In this document: positions 1 to 12,922 of the stretch, piece after piece
Layout: the number at the start of each line of letters is the position of its first letter
Position numbering within the stretch: position 1 is the first letter of the stretch
Assembly: GCA_046563655.1 (NCBI GenBank)
Contig: CM102286.1
Location: 7,998,001 to 8,062,000 of the forward strand
DNA: 64,000 nucleotides
Source of the DNA: Yuukianura sp. NJ FZ-2021
Lineage: Eukaryota
Reading direction: 5' to 3'
Notes under the pieces: generated by a model
What the model was told of the DNA's origin: nothing
What the model saw: the letters and a program-made list of their open reading frames with translations, nothing else
Database searches by the model: none
Program-made: the position numbers and the translations under genes

Positions 1-306
1 TCTGACGATGTCATTTGTAGAGTAATTAAAGAAACTGCTCTATATAGATCCGCAAGAAATCTAAATTCACAATTTAATTGAAGAAATGCATGATTGCGGT
101 AACCTTTTCTTCAAGCTAGTGACCAAAATGAACGTTCATTTAGTATGCCATATTGACAAAAGAAAACGCTAAACCTGCAGGCGTCGTCAATTCTTCCGCT
201 TAATAGTGGTAATAAGGTTGAATTTCGGGAACAACAAGTGCCGACCTCTGAGTCCATATCTCAATCTCTTATTATAATAGCGAAGCTATTATTATAAAAG
301 TGGTTT

Positions 307-346
307 GTCTGTCCGTCTGTCCGTCTGTCCGTCCGTCCGTCTGTCC
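307..346 (+). repeat. (GTCY)10 microsatellite
   Basis: Ten tandem GTCT/GTCC units. Confidence 0.95.
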
Positions 347-660
347 CGGAAAACATTAGAACGATTTTCTCCGGAACTATTGGACCAATTTCAACCGGGT
401 TTTCACCAGTGACCATGTCATGACCCGGACCTATTCACTATTGAATATGACCCCCGTGGGTCAAATGCTTCCGGGTCAAAGGTCAAGGTCAACCGGTTTC
501 ATCCCCGGTAACCCGGAAAATGACCTCTACAAAAGTTGTTCATCTCATCGAGACCAACAACTTTTGTGTACATCACTTGACCCCAAGTGACCTCCTTCCG
601 GGTCAAAGGTCAACTTTTCAATTTTACATCCTGCTGTGAGGGAAGCTGTGGATCCACCAC

Positions 661-1376
661 CATTCCCACGGGGGGGACCTGAAGGTGGGAAAGTGGGGTG
701 AACACACCCCCACTCCCCCCGGGGGGGGGCGGGAAAGTGGGGGAACACACACCCCACTCCCCCCAGGGGGAGGGGACAGTGGGGGGAACCACCCCCTCTC
801 CCCCCGGTGGGGGGCGGGACAGTGGGGGGAACCACCCCCTCTCCCCCCGGGGAACCACCCCCTCTCCCCCGGGGAACCACCCCCTCTCCCCCCGGGGAAC
901 CACCCCCTCTCCCCCGGGGAACCACCCCCTCTCCCCCCGGGGAACCACCCCCTCTCCCCCGGGGAACCCACCCCCGCGCTCCCTGGGGTGCGGAGCAAAA
1001 AGTGCGGGGAACACCCCCACTCCCCCTGGGGGGCGGGAAATTGGGGGAACACCCCCCGCGCTCCCTGTGGTGCGGAGCAAAAAAGTGCGGGGAACACCCC
1101 CACTCCCCCTGGGGGGCGGGAAATTGGGGGAACACCCCCCGCGCTCCCTGTGGTGCGGAGCAAAAAAGTGCGGGGAACACCATCACTCCCCCGGGGGGGG
1201 GGGGGCGGAAAAGTGCGGGGAACACCCCCACTCTCCCGGGGGGGGCGGGAAAGTGGGGGGAACACACCCCCATTCCCCCGGGGGGGGGCGGGAAAGTGGC
1301 GGGAACACTCCTCCACTCCACCGAGCGGGGGGGGGGGCGGGGGAAAGTGGGGGGAACACATCCCCTTCGGGGGGCC
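661..1376. repeat. G/C-rich compound minisatellite inside the HINE-like element
   Basis: Tandem ~22-23-bp units GGGGAACCACCCCCTCTCCCCC(C) at ~781-970, then ~82-83-bp units (GCGCTCCC starts at 976, 1058, 1141), flanked by degenerate GGGGGCGGGAAAGTGGGG units. Confidence 0.9.
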
Positions 1377-2531
1377 CTATCTTCGCTATTATCATTATGG
1401 GCGGTTTACAACCGGTTTATTTCCTTTCAACACCTACGGAAACGGAACCGTCTGAATCAAACTCATGTCATGTACCATTGTGCAACAGTGCATGTACGAG
1501 TACGTGCATTGCATTTAAATCTTCGATATCTCCTCTCGAGTCAACTTCTGGTGGGTAAACCTGTTCCAGTTCCTCCTTCATTCCAGTGTTTAGTGTAGAA
1601 TTCGCTGGAGGTCTGGTTCCTGTTTACCATCCACCACTTTTGTTGGATCCTCTGTGCATCCGATTTTTGAAAACCTGGACAGACGGCACGGCGACAACGA
1701 GGCAGGATTTAATCTGGAGTGTTGTACATAAAATCCGGAACTCACGTTAATCGTATTGACTGGAGTTAAAACCTTCTGAGCTGACGACATCACGTTGAAC
1801 AGCACCATATAGTAGTGGCGGCAGATCTCACGTCGTCTGGTTGGTTAGTTTGTCAACGTAATTCCATTAGCGTATAAAGGTTAGGTTGCTGTATACTGGA
1901 ACTGGAAATGAACAATCATCGTTTTGTTTGCTAGATAGAGGGAACAGCTGGACTTCAACACACACAAGAGTCGCTTCTCTTCCTTGTCTTTGATTGAAGT
2001 TTGATTGTGCAGATTTATGTGTCTGGAGTTTCAGTAAGTCATGAACTATGAACCTTACTAGTTTTGTGGAAAAATGAATTGTAATCAATCACATAAGTAG
2101 CGTTGGTTTCTTTGTCGTAACTTTACTGAACCTAAGTTCACTAACAACTTGATTTCCAATTCTGTCTGCTATCTAGGAATGATTGAATGTCGACGCAGAA
2201 GGATTAATCACCACATCGATTCAATTTCTAGTCAACAACAGCAATTAGCACAAATAGTGCAACCAAGAAATAACCCCATGTCTCTTCTGCTATTTCTTTT
2301 CAATCTATCATTTTGTTTTCCGTAGTCTAGTATTTTTGTATACCTTTTATTTTTAGATCCCACCATTTGTAGTTCAGGTTAGGACATTTTTGTGTTTAGT
2401 TTAATTCCTTGATAACACTTTAGATTTTCACTAGCTGAATATAACTACCACCCTAGACATAATTTACTTTTCTTTAGTTAAAGACTTGTACTCCATGTTT
2501 ACTTTCAACGCTTAATTCTTCGGCCTATACA

Positions 2532-5500
2532 ATGCGGGTAGTTGCCCTAATTAGTGGAGGGAAAGACAGCTGCTTTAATATGATGCAGTGTGTCGCAGCG
2601 GGACATGAAATCGTCGCTTTGGCAAATCTACAACCCCGGGACAAGGGTAACAAAGCATATTCATGTTTAAGATAATTCAATTAGGACAAGTATCTAATTT
2701 TGGTTCTCGGATTAATTTGTAGATGAACTTGACAGCTATATGTACCAGACAGTGGGACACGATGGCATTTCACTTTATGCGGAAGCGATGGGTTTACCAC
2801 TATTTCGAAGATACATCGAAGGGAATGCGCTAATTCAACAGAAGCAATACTCCCCAGTCGACGGAGACGAAGTCGAGGATCTGTACCTGCTTCTCCAGGA
2901 AGTGAAAGTAAGTTCTCACAAAAATCTTTTTTCATTGACTTCATTTGACATTCAATCTTTTGTTTTACCATTGATTAGGATTCTATTGACTTCGATGGCG
3001 TATCGGTTGGTGCTATTTTATCCGATTACCAGAGGATCCGGGTCGAAAATGTGTAAGTAAAGCCATGCTAAAGCGTTGTGTTTGTTTACTCCATGATTAC
3101 TAATATGCAGCTGTATCAAACTAATGCTCGAAAGATCGAATATGTTTTTTTACATTTTAGTTGTTCCAGACTTGGTTGCGTGAGTTTGGCCTATCTTTGG
3201 AGAAGGAATCAAACGGAACTACTCCAGGAAATGATTGATTGTGACATAAGCGCAATTATTATTAAAACGGCATCGCTAGGCTTGGATCCAGCTAATCATC
3301 TCGGACAAACCTTGAAGCAAATACAACCACACCTTCTGAAATCGGTACAGCATTCATAACTTCTGAATTTTGATGTTTCGTTCACCTTTTTCAATCATTA
3401 AATAAATTACTTTTGGGTTTTATTACAAATAGAAAGAGAAGTACTCCATCAATGTTTGCGGCGAGGGCGGAGAGTACGAAACGTTTACGCTTGATTGTCC
3501 CTTGTTTTTGAAATCAATCGTGATGTAAGTCGATAAAGGAAAGGTGATTCGTTTTCGAAATTGAAGAACATTTGTAATCATATTTCGTCTTATTTTCAGT
3601 GATGAACAAGAAACAGTGATTCACTCGAATGATGCCATTGCCCCAGTCGGATACTTAAAGCTAAACAAGTTACACCTCGTTGAAAAATCGGTTCGTGGAC
3701 GATATTTTAGCGTAACCTTACCACTGGTGTTACATTTGTTTGACTTTCATCTTAACTGTTGTTCGCTATTTCTTCCAGGATTGTACTAAACAGCATCACA
3801 ATGGATCGGTCGACATGTCTTACCGAAGGCAACGGGAAATGTTGGAGGGAGTTCCTGTTAAGGCGCCACTTGATTACTTGTCAGAACTCAGAGACTGTAA
3901 CAAAGCTGATTGCTGTGATGGTAAACCATAGCCATGCTAAATTGGAGTATCAGTTACAGAAGGAGCAGAGATTTATTTCTGACTTTTAATTCTTTAGGCC
4001 GAGATGAGATTTGTCCCGACCAAAAGCTTGAAGAAGCGAGTAACCTTGGCGTTGAAGCTTCTACTTTTAGTAGCAACAGTAGTAATTGTAGCGGAGGTGG
4101 TGGCGGTAATAGTGATGTGGAAGGTTTTGATACTCGAAGCAAAGGTGAGCTTGTGGTGGGTGCTTCAACTAGTACTCACAGGGATGGTGATTGTCCGAAA
4201 CCTAACGGCATTGGAACTAATGACTCTGGAATATCCAAATACACAACTAGGGACATTTTACCTATTCCGCTAGCTATTAAAGTAACGACGAACGAAGGCG
4301 GATGGAGTTGGATCACAGGAATTGGGGCCAAAGGCGCGGATGTCCACCAGGAATGTGGTGCAGATTTGCTCAACAATCCCATGACTGCTGCCTTGCAGCA
4401 ACTCAAGGGTGAGCATTTTTTTTTACCTAACTTAACCTACCATTTAGTTACAAATTGAATTCATTACTTAATTTTAATTTGATACCAACGCTTTAATATG
4501 AATTTTTTTAACCTTCAATCAGATACCTTGGAGGAGAGAAATATGACTTTGAAGAACGTGATTGCCACTTTCATGTACATCAGTTCCATGAGTGACTACA
4601 CAAAATATAACGCAGAATACATAAAGGTCTTTTCGTCCCAACCACCAGTTCGAGTCTGCGTTGAACTTCCATTGACCTTGGGTCAACCCCTCATCATGGA
4701 GGCTATTGCTTTTCCTGGTGAAGCCGAAGATGAAACGATTTCCCGCAAATCCATGCATGTTCAAGGTATCTCCCACTGGGCTCCGGCAAACATCGGCCCT
4801 TACAGTCAATCACAACAAGTGGGAGACATAATATACGTAGCCGGGCAAATCGGTCTTGTACCTGGAAGCATGAAACTTGTCGAAGGCGGGGTTCGATTAG
4901 AATGCAAACTGGCTTTGCGACACATTAACAGAATTCTGAGGTCAACGGATTCGAAGGTTGAGCTACGTGATGTGGTACAGGTATGTCTAGTTTTCATTCA
5001 CAATTTGATTCGAATGATTTGAGTAATGTTTGTGGCATGTTCCCAACGTATTCATTTGTAAATTATTATTTCGCAGGGAATCTGCTTCGTAACCGATGCT
5101 GCTTCCATTGTCAAATGCAGAGAGGAATGGGAAAAACGATCTAACAATGGCATCGTAGAGTATCTTGTAGTCCCACGGTTACCGCGAGATGCTACCGTCG
5201 AATGGTGTGTCTGGGTAACTAAAGCTTGCTGCAATCTGTTGTTCATTTTACAAAAGTTATTTCAATTTTAAGTTTAACGCAAAATCCCCTTTTTATAACT
5301 TTAGGCACACAAGCACAACTCGGCATTCGAATGTAAGTACTATCTTCTACATTCTACTCTATATGTGCTTTATATTGATTGAATCAAACAAAGTTCCGTA
5401 CTCACACTGTATAATTTTAGATGAAGAGACTGGATGCTACATCGGCTCAGGAGTAAAAGTGAAAATCATCCGACGATGGTGTTACGAGAGTCGAGTAGCA

Positions 5501-5868
5501 GTAATTATTTGTAGAGCTTCCATTTGTAAGTGGAATTCACTAAAGCTTAAGATGTAGGGTTTGTATCAATGCAATTCTAATCTTTAGCCTCATCTTTATC
5601 TACAGGTGATCAAACTGGTAAAATCGGAAAGCACGAGCTGGCAGAGATTTCGGAGTATGCATTGGCAAAGTTACGTCAAGAAGCCAGTGGAACTGAGGAA
5701 TCGCTTGCCTCTGCTGTCAAGATTTTTTATAAAGTGAATTGCCTAAACCCTGCTGACATTAACCAAGTTTTCGATAGACATCTTCCCGTCGCCTGTTCCA
5801 TACTTCCGGTCTGCGCTCTTATTCAAGAGAACACAGTGTTGAGTATCATCGGAGTTCGTCACCATTGA
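2532..5868 (+). CDS. DPH6: Diphthine--ammonia ligase (diphthamide synthetase) with C-terminal RidA/YjgF-like domains, multi-exon
   Basis: Exon 1 MRVVALISGGKDS (PP-loop ATPase), DELDSYMYQTVGH, AYLWRRNQ, NVCGEGGEYETFTLDCPLF; downstream MHVQGISHWAPANIGPYSQ and VAGQIGL of the RidA-like domain; GT-AG introns (first 2647-2722); stop TGA 5866-5868. Confidence 0.93.
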
Positions 5869-6310
5869 GTACGGTTCAACTTTGCGTAACCCGTCAACCA
5901 AAATGGCCTTTAGTAAAACATTCTTGCTTTCATTTTTCCAATTTCTCTAAACAATAGAGCAAACAATCTAAACTTAAGAACTACTAATTATAAAGAATTT
6001 CGCATTTAATCAAGTATTCCAAAAGGCATTTTCTGATTATAACAGGCGGGCGAAGCCCTTGTAAGGTAAATAGACGCGACTGCTTGCTCTTGAAACTCAT
6101 TAAAGGCAAAGTTTAAAAAAAAAAGAGAACAAACGTCTTTAACAAAAGGGCGTCTTTGTTATTGCTAAAATGTGGGTGGGAAATGTGTTTCCTTTGAAGT
6201 GTTCCGTAGGTGGGTGGGTTGAAAGAATTCTTCATTGTCAAAGGTTTAAAATGGCTTCAAGTAACAAAGTAAGTTTTACATCACATATCCAGTCCTTTGT
6301 CATTTCACTT

Positions 6311-9300
6311 TTAGAGTTTGCTTTCTTCGGGGTTTTCAGGAGACCTGTTTGAAAAAGAAATTAGAAAATGTGTCGTGATCTTGAAAAACTTTTGAAAATT
6401 TAGGTTAGCACTGTTAAATTAGCGTTGTATAACAAGTTGTTTCTTAACCTATTTTCTTTCTTTGGAGTCGGACGATTCCATTTCTGTTCTTTTCCTTTAG
6501 CAAACAGAACAAAGAACAGATTCCCAAAGAATGTAATTGTGGCTCCAAGGAGAAAAACTTTACGCCATTGTTCTAGACTTGGCTGAAATTTGAAAATAAT
6601 GACAAATTCAAATTAGTTTCAAGGTTTCAAAATTCTACAGTCCCATTGTCTAACTTTTGTTAACGTGTAACTTACATTTCCTTTTAAGATGGATCCGGCA
6701 ACCAATGGAGCCAAGAATCCTGGAGCGGTAGCTAAACAATCACAAACACAACATCGAATTAGCATGGACTGTCAACATAACCTTACCGGTTTCACTCTAA
6801 CGTGTTATTAGCATGTCCATCTTACCTGCGGTGTTGGTGATGCCTGTTGGTGATTTGGAAAAAAAAAATATTTTTTTTTAGAAATTATACTAAAAAACGA
6901 TTTGTCAGAAATACGTAACCCCAATTTCTTACCCATCAGAATCGAGGCGTATCCTGGAAAATTTTCAAATATAACGTTATCACATCAAGTCAAACTTTAA
7001 GCTTAACTTGAGGTCAAGCTTTGTAATAACCGATTAAATTAAGGTTAAGGTGACCGTAAGTGCTTACGTGGTGCAATGTCAATGTGGTTGCAGAGTACCC
7101 CACTGTAAAACCCGCCTAAGGTCCCCAGCGCAGCCGCCAGGAAGGTCACGGCCATGACCCGATCACATCCCGAGTATGCGATACCAATCATACACGCACC
7201 GGCTCCCCACAAAGCTAAATCAGAAGTTCAAGTCAGGATTCGGGCGCCATTTTCATAATTTTGTTAGTTACGTCGTTTGTGAGCCTATGGCGTTACCTAT
7301 GCTGTTAGCCAATTTTCTAACCACGGCCGTAGAAGCCAACTTTTTCCGCAGAAGAAAGTGGCCGAGATAGGAAATTAGAATGGAGAAAATCCAAGTCAAC
7401 AGGTAGGGGAAAGCAGAAATCCAACTGTTCTGTGCATGAGAAAACAAAGTCATTCATTAAATTTCAATTATGAAAGTCAAGCGGTTGATTTTTCATTTCC
7501 CGGAATATGAACTTACTTGCTTCATGTCAAAGTTCAAAACAGTTTTCCTAAAACAGAAGAATTTACATAACGTTAGTCACATCACGAAACACCTAAAAAT
7601 ATCCTTTTTCTCGTTTTGAAATTTGAAAATCATGAGTTCTTAACCATAAAAAATCAAGTTCGGTAAAACTTACAAATACGTTGGGATTTCCGTCATGAGT
7701 GTGTACAATCCCCAAGTTTCCGCAGCATGCCCAATAAGAATGGCCCAGAACGGCAAGGACGTCCAAATTTCTTTCCAAGGAGTATCTTTCTCCTGTATGA
7801 AATTGCCGTGCTAGATTTTGAACATAATTTTTTAATTATTTTAGAATCTACCTCATCTTCTGGATCGTGCTGACCAATGTACTTGAGTTCTTCTTTTGAA
7901 ATTGTAGGATGGGCTGAGGGGGATTCGTAAACTAGGTAAGCCCAGAACATGGACCAAATGATGGCCACAATTCCAGTTGTGTAGAAGACAGTAGCCCATC
8001 CGAAGTAGTGGGCCAGATAACCGCTTATTAGCATTGTAATGGCACTTCCGAAGGACATTCCTGAAAAATTCAAACGTTCAAACCACTTTTTCCAAATTTT
8101 CTTTTAAAATTTTGGTAATGTAAATGGAGACCTCACCGGCATAGATAAACGGACTCAGCGTTCCGCGTTCTTCCAAGGGAACCCATCTGGCCAGCAGCCC
8201 GTGCGCCGATGACATGGTCAAACCCTGCAGTCAGATCGCGAATTTAGAAAATTTAATGTGAAATCAAACTAAAACTTGCGGAATTTGTCACTTTCCAGTT
8301 GAGTTCAAGAAAGAGGAGAAAGCTTTGTAAATTTTCTAAATGCTAAGATTTCAGGGTAACTTTAGAACAACGCTAAAAAAACGAGGTCAAACTTCAATGA
8401 GTTTAGGAAAAAAAAACAAAGGCTAAGCCTTTTGAAAATGCTGTATCGTACAGTTTCGAATTTCTTACCCCTCCGAGTCCTTGACCCACACGAACTGCCA
8501 TCAGCCACCCCGCGCCTAATCGAGCAGAAATCGGAGTCAGAAGAGCCAACAGTCCAGGAACAAAGATTCCAATGCCAAAACACCATTTTCCGCCATAGCG
8601 ATGACTAATTACGCCTGCTGGAAGTTGGGTCAGCATGTATCCCCAGAAGAACGAACCAAGGACATATCTGTACAACCGGAAAAAAAGTAAAACAACAACG
8701 ACAAAAATTCGAAAACAAGACTTTTTAAACGTGTTTTCTAGAATAGGCGTATTTTTTGTGTTTCAATTGTGCCGTACCCTTGCATTTCTTCGTTCCAGTT
8801 GAACTCCCCCTCCTCTTCATCTGCCTTCAAACTTGGAATTACTGATCTATTGGACACTGATTCTGCACCGGAGGTCAACAGGTCACTCGGAATCATTGGA
8901 CTAGGGAGGTCAAGGTTACATATCCTAGTGCCATGCATGTCTGGCTCAGTTTCAGCTGACATTTGACCCACAGCCGTGGAGTTTACCATAGCTACAATGG
9001 CTATTGATATGTTAAATCGTATTCCATAGGAAATGGCGAACCCAGTGAATCCAAGAACCGCAAAAGTGTGACGCTTTCCCCATCCTAAAAAAAAAATAAT
9101 TCCTTAATGGATCCAAAACCTTGATTCGAAGATGCTCTCATAATTTTGATGTTTTTTTAAGAAAACGAAGGCGTAAGTAGGACCGTGATCCAATTGTGTC
9201 AAAATCTATCCCGTGTATTATTATATAAACGCTTCTAATTATGTTCAATCGATTTCTACTTTGCTAGGCAACATTCCTACTTTCCCCATTTCTGATTTCA

Positions 9301-9528
9301 TCATGTTAGCAAATATGGAGGAGCATCTTCACAATTTCTACTGTTTGACTTGACTCAACTCAATTCAAAATCAAACGTTATGTCATGACTCATGAGAGGC
9401 AGAGAAGACTTTCATGTTAGGGCCAATCAAATCTTATTATTTCACAATTTCTAGGTTTCAGTAAATAAGTGGACCGTCTAACCTGTTGGCGACTTCTTCC
9501 GTTCAGGCAATTTCATCTCCATTGTCAT
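6311..9528 (-). CDS. SLC17-family MFS anion transporter (sialin / Na-dependent phosphate cotransporter-like), multi-exon with several microexons
   Basis: RFNISIAIVAMVN, LGSFFWGYMLTQLPAG, RVGQGLGG, WVPLEERG, GWATVFY, YESPSAHPTISKEE, NHIDIAP, FLAPLVAGSIL; ATG 9528 and TAA 6311 inferred by joining GT-AG exons. Confidence 0.88.
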
Positions 9529-10489
9529 GGAGGATGAGTAGATCTAGTGTTATTCCTTTAAGATACTGGAAGAACAAGCGTCTCCTTGGAAGACAATCGA
9601 CGCGACTTAAAAACACGAACAACTTTGTCGTGATATGGCCAGTTACAACGCAAAAACACAACTGACTTTTTTCTAAAGCAAAATTTCAATTTGTAACCTT
9701 TTGTAATCTCCAGAAAACTCGAAAATTTATCTTAAAGACTTTAGAAACTTTTAGAACCAAAACGCCTCCCAAGTCGTCAATCGGCTTACGGCAAAATGGG
9801 AAACCTTTCCTTTTATTAGCTCTTTGTAGATTTTTCTGTCCTTTTTTTGAAAATCCAGTTTGGATAGGTTCAACGGAACTGGTGCGATCTGGGTAAGCAT
9901 TTCCCCTTGAACCCATACCCATACTAGCCATACTTACAAACTTAAGACTTAAGGAAGAACAAAAGAAAGTCAACGATTAAGACCTTTATTCTGCTTCAAA
10001 TCGGTTTGAGGATAACAATATATTCAAACAACGGCGTATTTGGCATAGTCCACACCTCCTACTAATGTTTTTCGACGAAAAATAATACTCTGGTAGTAAC
10101 CAAAATAGTCATTCAACATTTTCCAAAATTAGTCATTTTTGTTGTATCACTTTTTGTTCTTAGCGAATTTCTGACTGCTGAGCAACATGCAAGCGTTAAG
10201 GTTAATGAAATTTTTGGTTTTACAACTACGTTCCTAACTCACTTCAAATGGACCAATGACAAACATTGTTACGGAAGCAGAAGTTTTAGGATCAAATAAA
10301 CTTTAGAATCTAATGAGGACACTACATTCATATTTTCAATTCAAATCGTCCTCAAACTTCAGATTCTCTTTTAGGATGAAGGGCAAGGATGCTGTTTTGT
10401 TTGCTTTAGAGGACAAACATCAAAAGTTGACCCTGTGACCTACATTGCCTAATGATCAGTTGGAAGTTATAAGGGCATTGAACAAGCCC

Positions 10490-12922
10490 TTAAAAGTCCA
10501 CTGATAGTTGAGAGCAATGAATAGGAGGATTGACTCCCGTGTGAAGAAAAACCAAGTTGCGAGCTGCTCTAAAGCAGCTACTAATCTTCTGATGGAGGTC
10601 AAATGGTGGAAACATGTCAGTGGGAAGTTCCTTAAGGGTCAGTAGAATTCCATAAGGGATCCAGAAGATCATGAAAATCAGCGAGTAGATCCATGAAGTC
10701 AGGAATAGTTGTTGACGCCGATCTTCCGTCAACACCCTGCGACCCTGAAAAAAAATTCCACAAGATCATGAGAAAATTAACACGGAGTGAGAAACTCAGA
10801 TTTTATTTAATAGGACTCATTTTTACCTCTCTCGTTAACAGGTACTTGATTTGAAACCTTGTTTTCCAGTGTTCTATTTCAAAATAAAAAAATCTTGAGA
10901 AAAAAAGTGCTTGTTAAGGATTTTGTTCATCAAAGAGTCGAATTTTATACTTTCTCTCTCAGAGTCAGATCAATGACAAATTGCAATTTGCAATAAGCGT
11001 TTTGCGCAACAAAAGCGAGCATTGTATTTTCGGCTTCGCAGATTTTTAAATCTCGGGTTTTGAAGGTCTGTGGATTTTTCCTTTTCTTGAGAATAAAACA
11101 AAGAGTTTGTGCAGTTCCTGGTATCGCTAATAAAGAAACTGAAAAAGCTTATGAAGACAAAATTCACTGTTATAAACGACAGTTGAGCGTAGCGCAATAC
11201 TAATAAGACTTGTTATGGTTACATAAATACTTTGAAAGCAATAGGTGAAGGGTCAAGGTCACTTAAAGAAAAGTTGTTTCGCTCATTCAGTTTAGTGAAT
11301 AACTTTGGTAGAGGTGATTTTTCATTGCCGTCAAGAAACTATTTGCTCGTGACATTCGAGCCGGAAGTAAGGGTAGGCTAGGTTCCGGACAAACCGGAAA
11401 CCTCCAGCCTATATGAGATTGATCAGTGTAACGAATCCAAAATTCGTACATAGGCTTGGAGTTACGCGTTTAGTGCAACCCACGCGATTCGTCGGCTTGT
11501 GAGAACCTTCGAAAACCCTAACTGAGAGATCGAGGTCACTTTTAAGACAGTTGTTTGTCTCAACGTGACAAACAACTTGTGCATTTTTTGATTGTCTTAA
11601 AAAAGCATGTCACCTCCACATTTGATCTGGAAGTAGTTCACTTCCAGTCAAAGCATTTAATCCATTACAGACCATGAGGTCTGCGAAGACAGATTGGAAA
11701 TGTACCCAGCATTTTCAGAGTTATTCTGACTAGCAGACTAACAATGGGGCGGACGGCCAGACAGACAAACAAACACATAAAGTAGCAAACTACATTTGCT
11801 ACTTAAGAAAAAGTTCCAAAAATATTCCGTCCCATAGAAATCCGTTAAGAATTTTTTCCAAAACCTTTTCTAAAAATAAACATTTGAACATAAAGTTCAT
11901 GTCGAATTGCTTTTCTACACAATTCAGAAACACAGAACGCTATCCAGATATTTAAAATAAATTCATTTCCGTTTTCCAAATTTCGAATTTTTTTTGCGGA
12001 CTTTTTTTTCCTGTTTTAGGTAATACTCACCGTACAGCATTTTGATCGTTGGTATGAACGAGACAGTGGTGAATTGCCAAACTCCATAAAGCGCAGAAAG
12101 GACCAAGCTGTTACAAATGGTTACCTAAAAATAAATTGGAAAAACTTCTAAAAATAATCTTAAGCTTTTAAGACAAAACGTTAGACAAAAATAAGTTGAG
12201 TTACTGAACCCATGTTCCTGTCACCTTTCGACATTTTACATTTCGAGGAGCCTTTTTGTCATAAGATCGAGTAAACACGACTGGAATGGAGACAAGAATG
12301 GAACTAAAGGTGACATAGAGCATCTTCTTCACGTAGTATTTTGGCGGACGTCGCTTTAATGGATTTCGGATGGCCTTTACTCGTTCGGTGCTAATCATCA
12401 TGGATGCCAACGTAGTCGCTGCAACAGATACGCCTTTAAATTAATATTCCAAATCAGCGTTATGTTAACTTACAACGCTTGCAATTAAGTCGTCCCCGCT
12501 CAAATTGATCAACTTACGCTGGGCAAAAATCCAGAAGCGACAAGTCGCATTCAGCCATCCTACGTTGAAGACTCCTCGTTTCATCATGTAGCGTAGGAAG
12601 TTCAACACGGCGGACACACCGCAACATGTGGACAAGTACACGAGCAAGTAGTTTGGCGGTCTACGATATAATGCAATGAAATGGAAGATTTCAAAAGGAA
12701 TTAAAAATGTTTCTTAATTTTTTTCAAACAAATTTATTTCACAACCACTTACTTTCGGTATTTCTTTTTGCACATAACAGAGACCACGAAGAGAAAGTTG
12801 GTAAGCATCGTGAAAACGGTTCCGCTGTACACATAAAGTGCTTGAGTGGAAGAACTTTCATCTTCCGTAAAGTAGCTATTGTTGTCAGATTCATTTAGGA
12901 AAGCTTGATGATTAAACTCCAT
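10490..12922 (-). CDS. Divergent class A (rhodopsin-like) GPCR, possibly frameshifted in TM7
   Basis: N-terminus with N-glycosylation sequons (NES, NNS), TM1 VFTMLTNFLFVVSV, TM3 C...SMMISTERVKAIRNPL (DRY equivalent ERV), TM4 SIPVVF, TM6 IFMIFWIPY, TM7 HTGVNPPIH; at least five GT-AG exons. Confidence 0.72.
11245..11806 (-). mobile_element. Decayed HINE-like element fragment related to the 269-1422 element
   Basis: Terminal hairpin AAGTAGCAAA-ctaca-TTTGCTACTT (11780-11804) next to an ACAG/ACAA microsatellite remnant (GTCT on the minus strand); internal GGTCAAGGTCA and AGTTGTT...AACAACTT palindromes like those at 480-567; lies in the long GPCR intron. Left end uncertain. Confidence 0.55.

Larger units (their letters stand above)
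269..1422 (+). mobile_element. Non-autonomous Helentron-associated element (HINE/DINE-1-like)
   Basis: 12-bp subterminal inverted repeats ATAATAGCGAAG (274-285) / CTTCGCTATTAT (1381-1392); 5' copy sits in a hairpin (ATAATAGC-gaa-GCTATTAT, 274-292); (GTCY)10 microsatellite just inside the 5' end; short 3' stem-loop CGGTT-tac-AACCG (1402-1414) followed by T-rich sequence. This is the DINE-1/HINE layout. Outer ends approximate. Confidence 0.75.

Noticed and set aside
970..1230. Repeats containing GCGGGGAACAC resemble the end of type I-E CRISPR repeats
   Set aside because: Intervening sequences are themselves repeated rather than unique spacers, there are no cas genes, and the context is eukaryotic
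545..1598. Six overlapping 150-290-aa Pro/Gly-rich ORFs
   Set aside because: Artefacts of the stop-free G/C satellite; open in all frames on both strands
1425..2500. Short ORFs upstream of DPH6
   Set aside because: No recognisable protein and no consistent exon chain could be built
4519..5246. DPH6-RidA domain fusion as a novelty
   Set aside because: Known architecture in fungal, plant and insect Dph6 proteins
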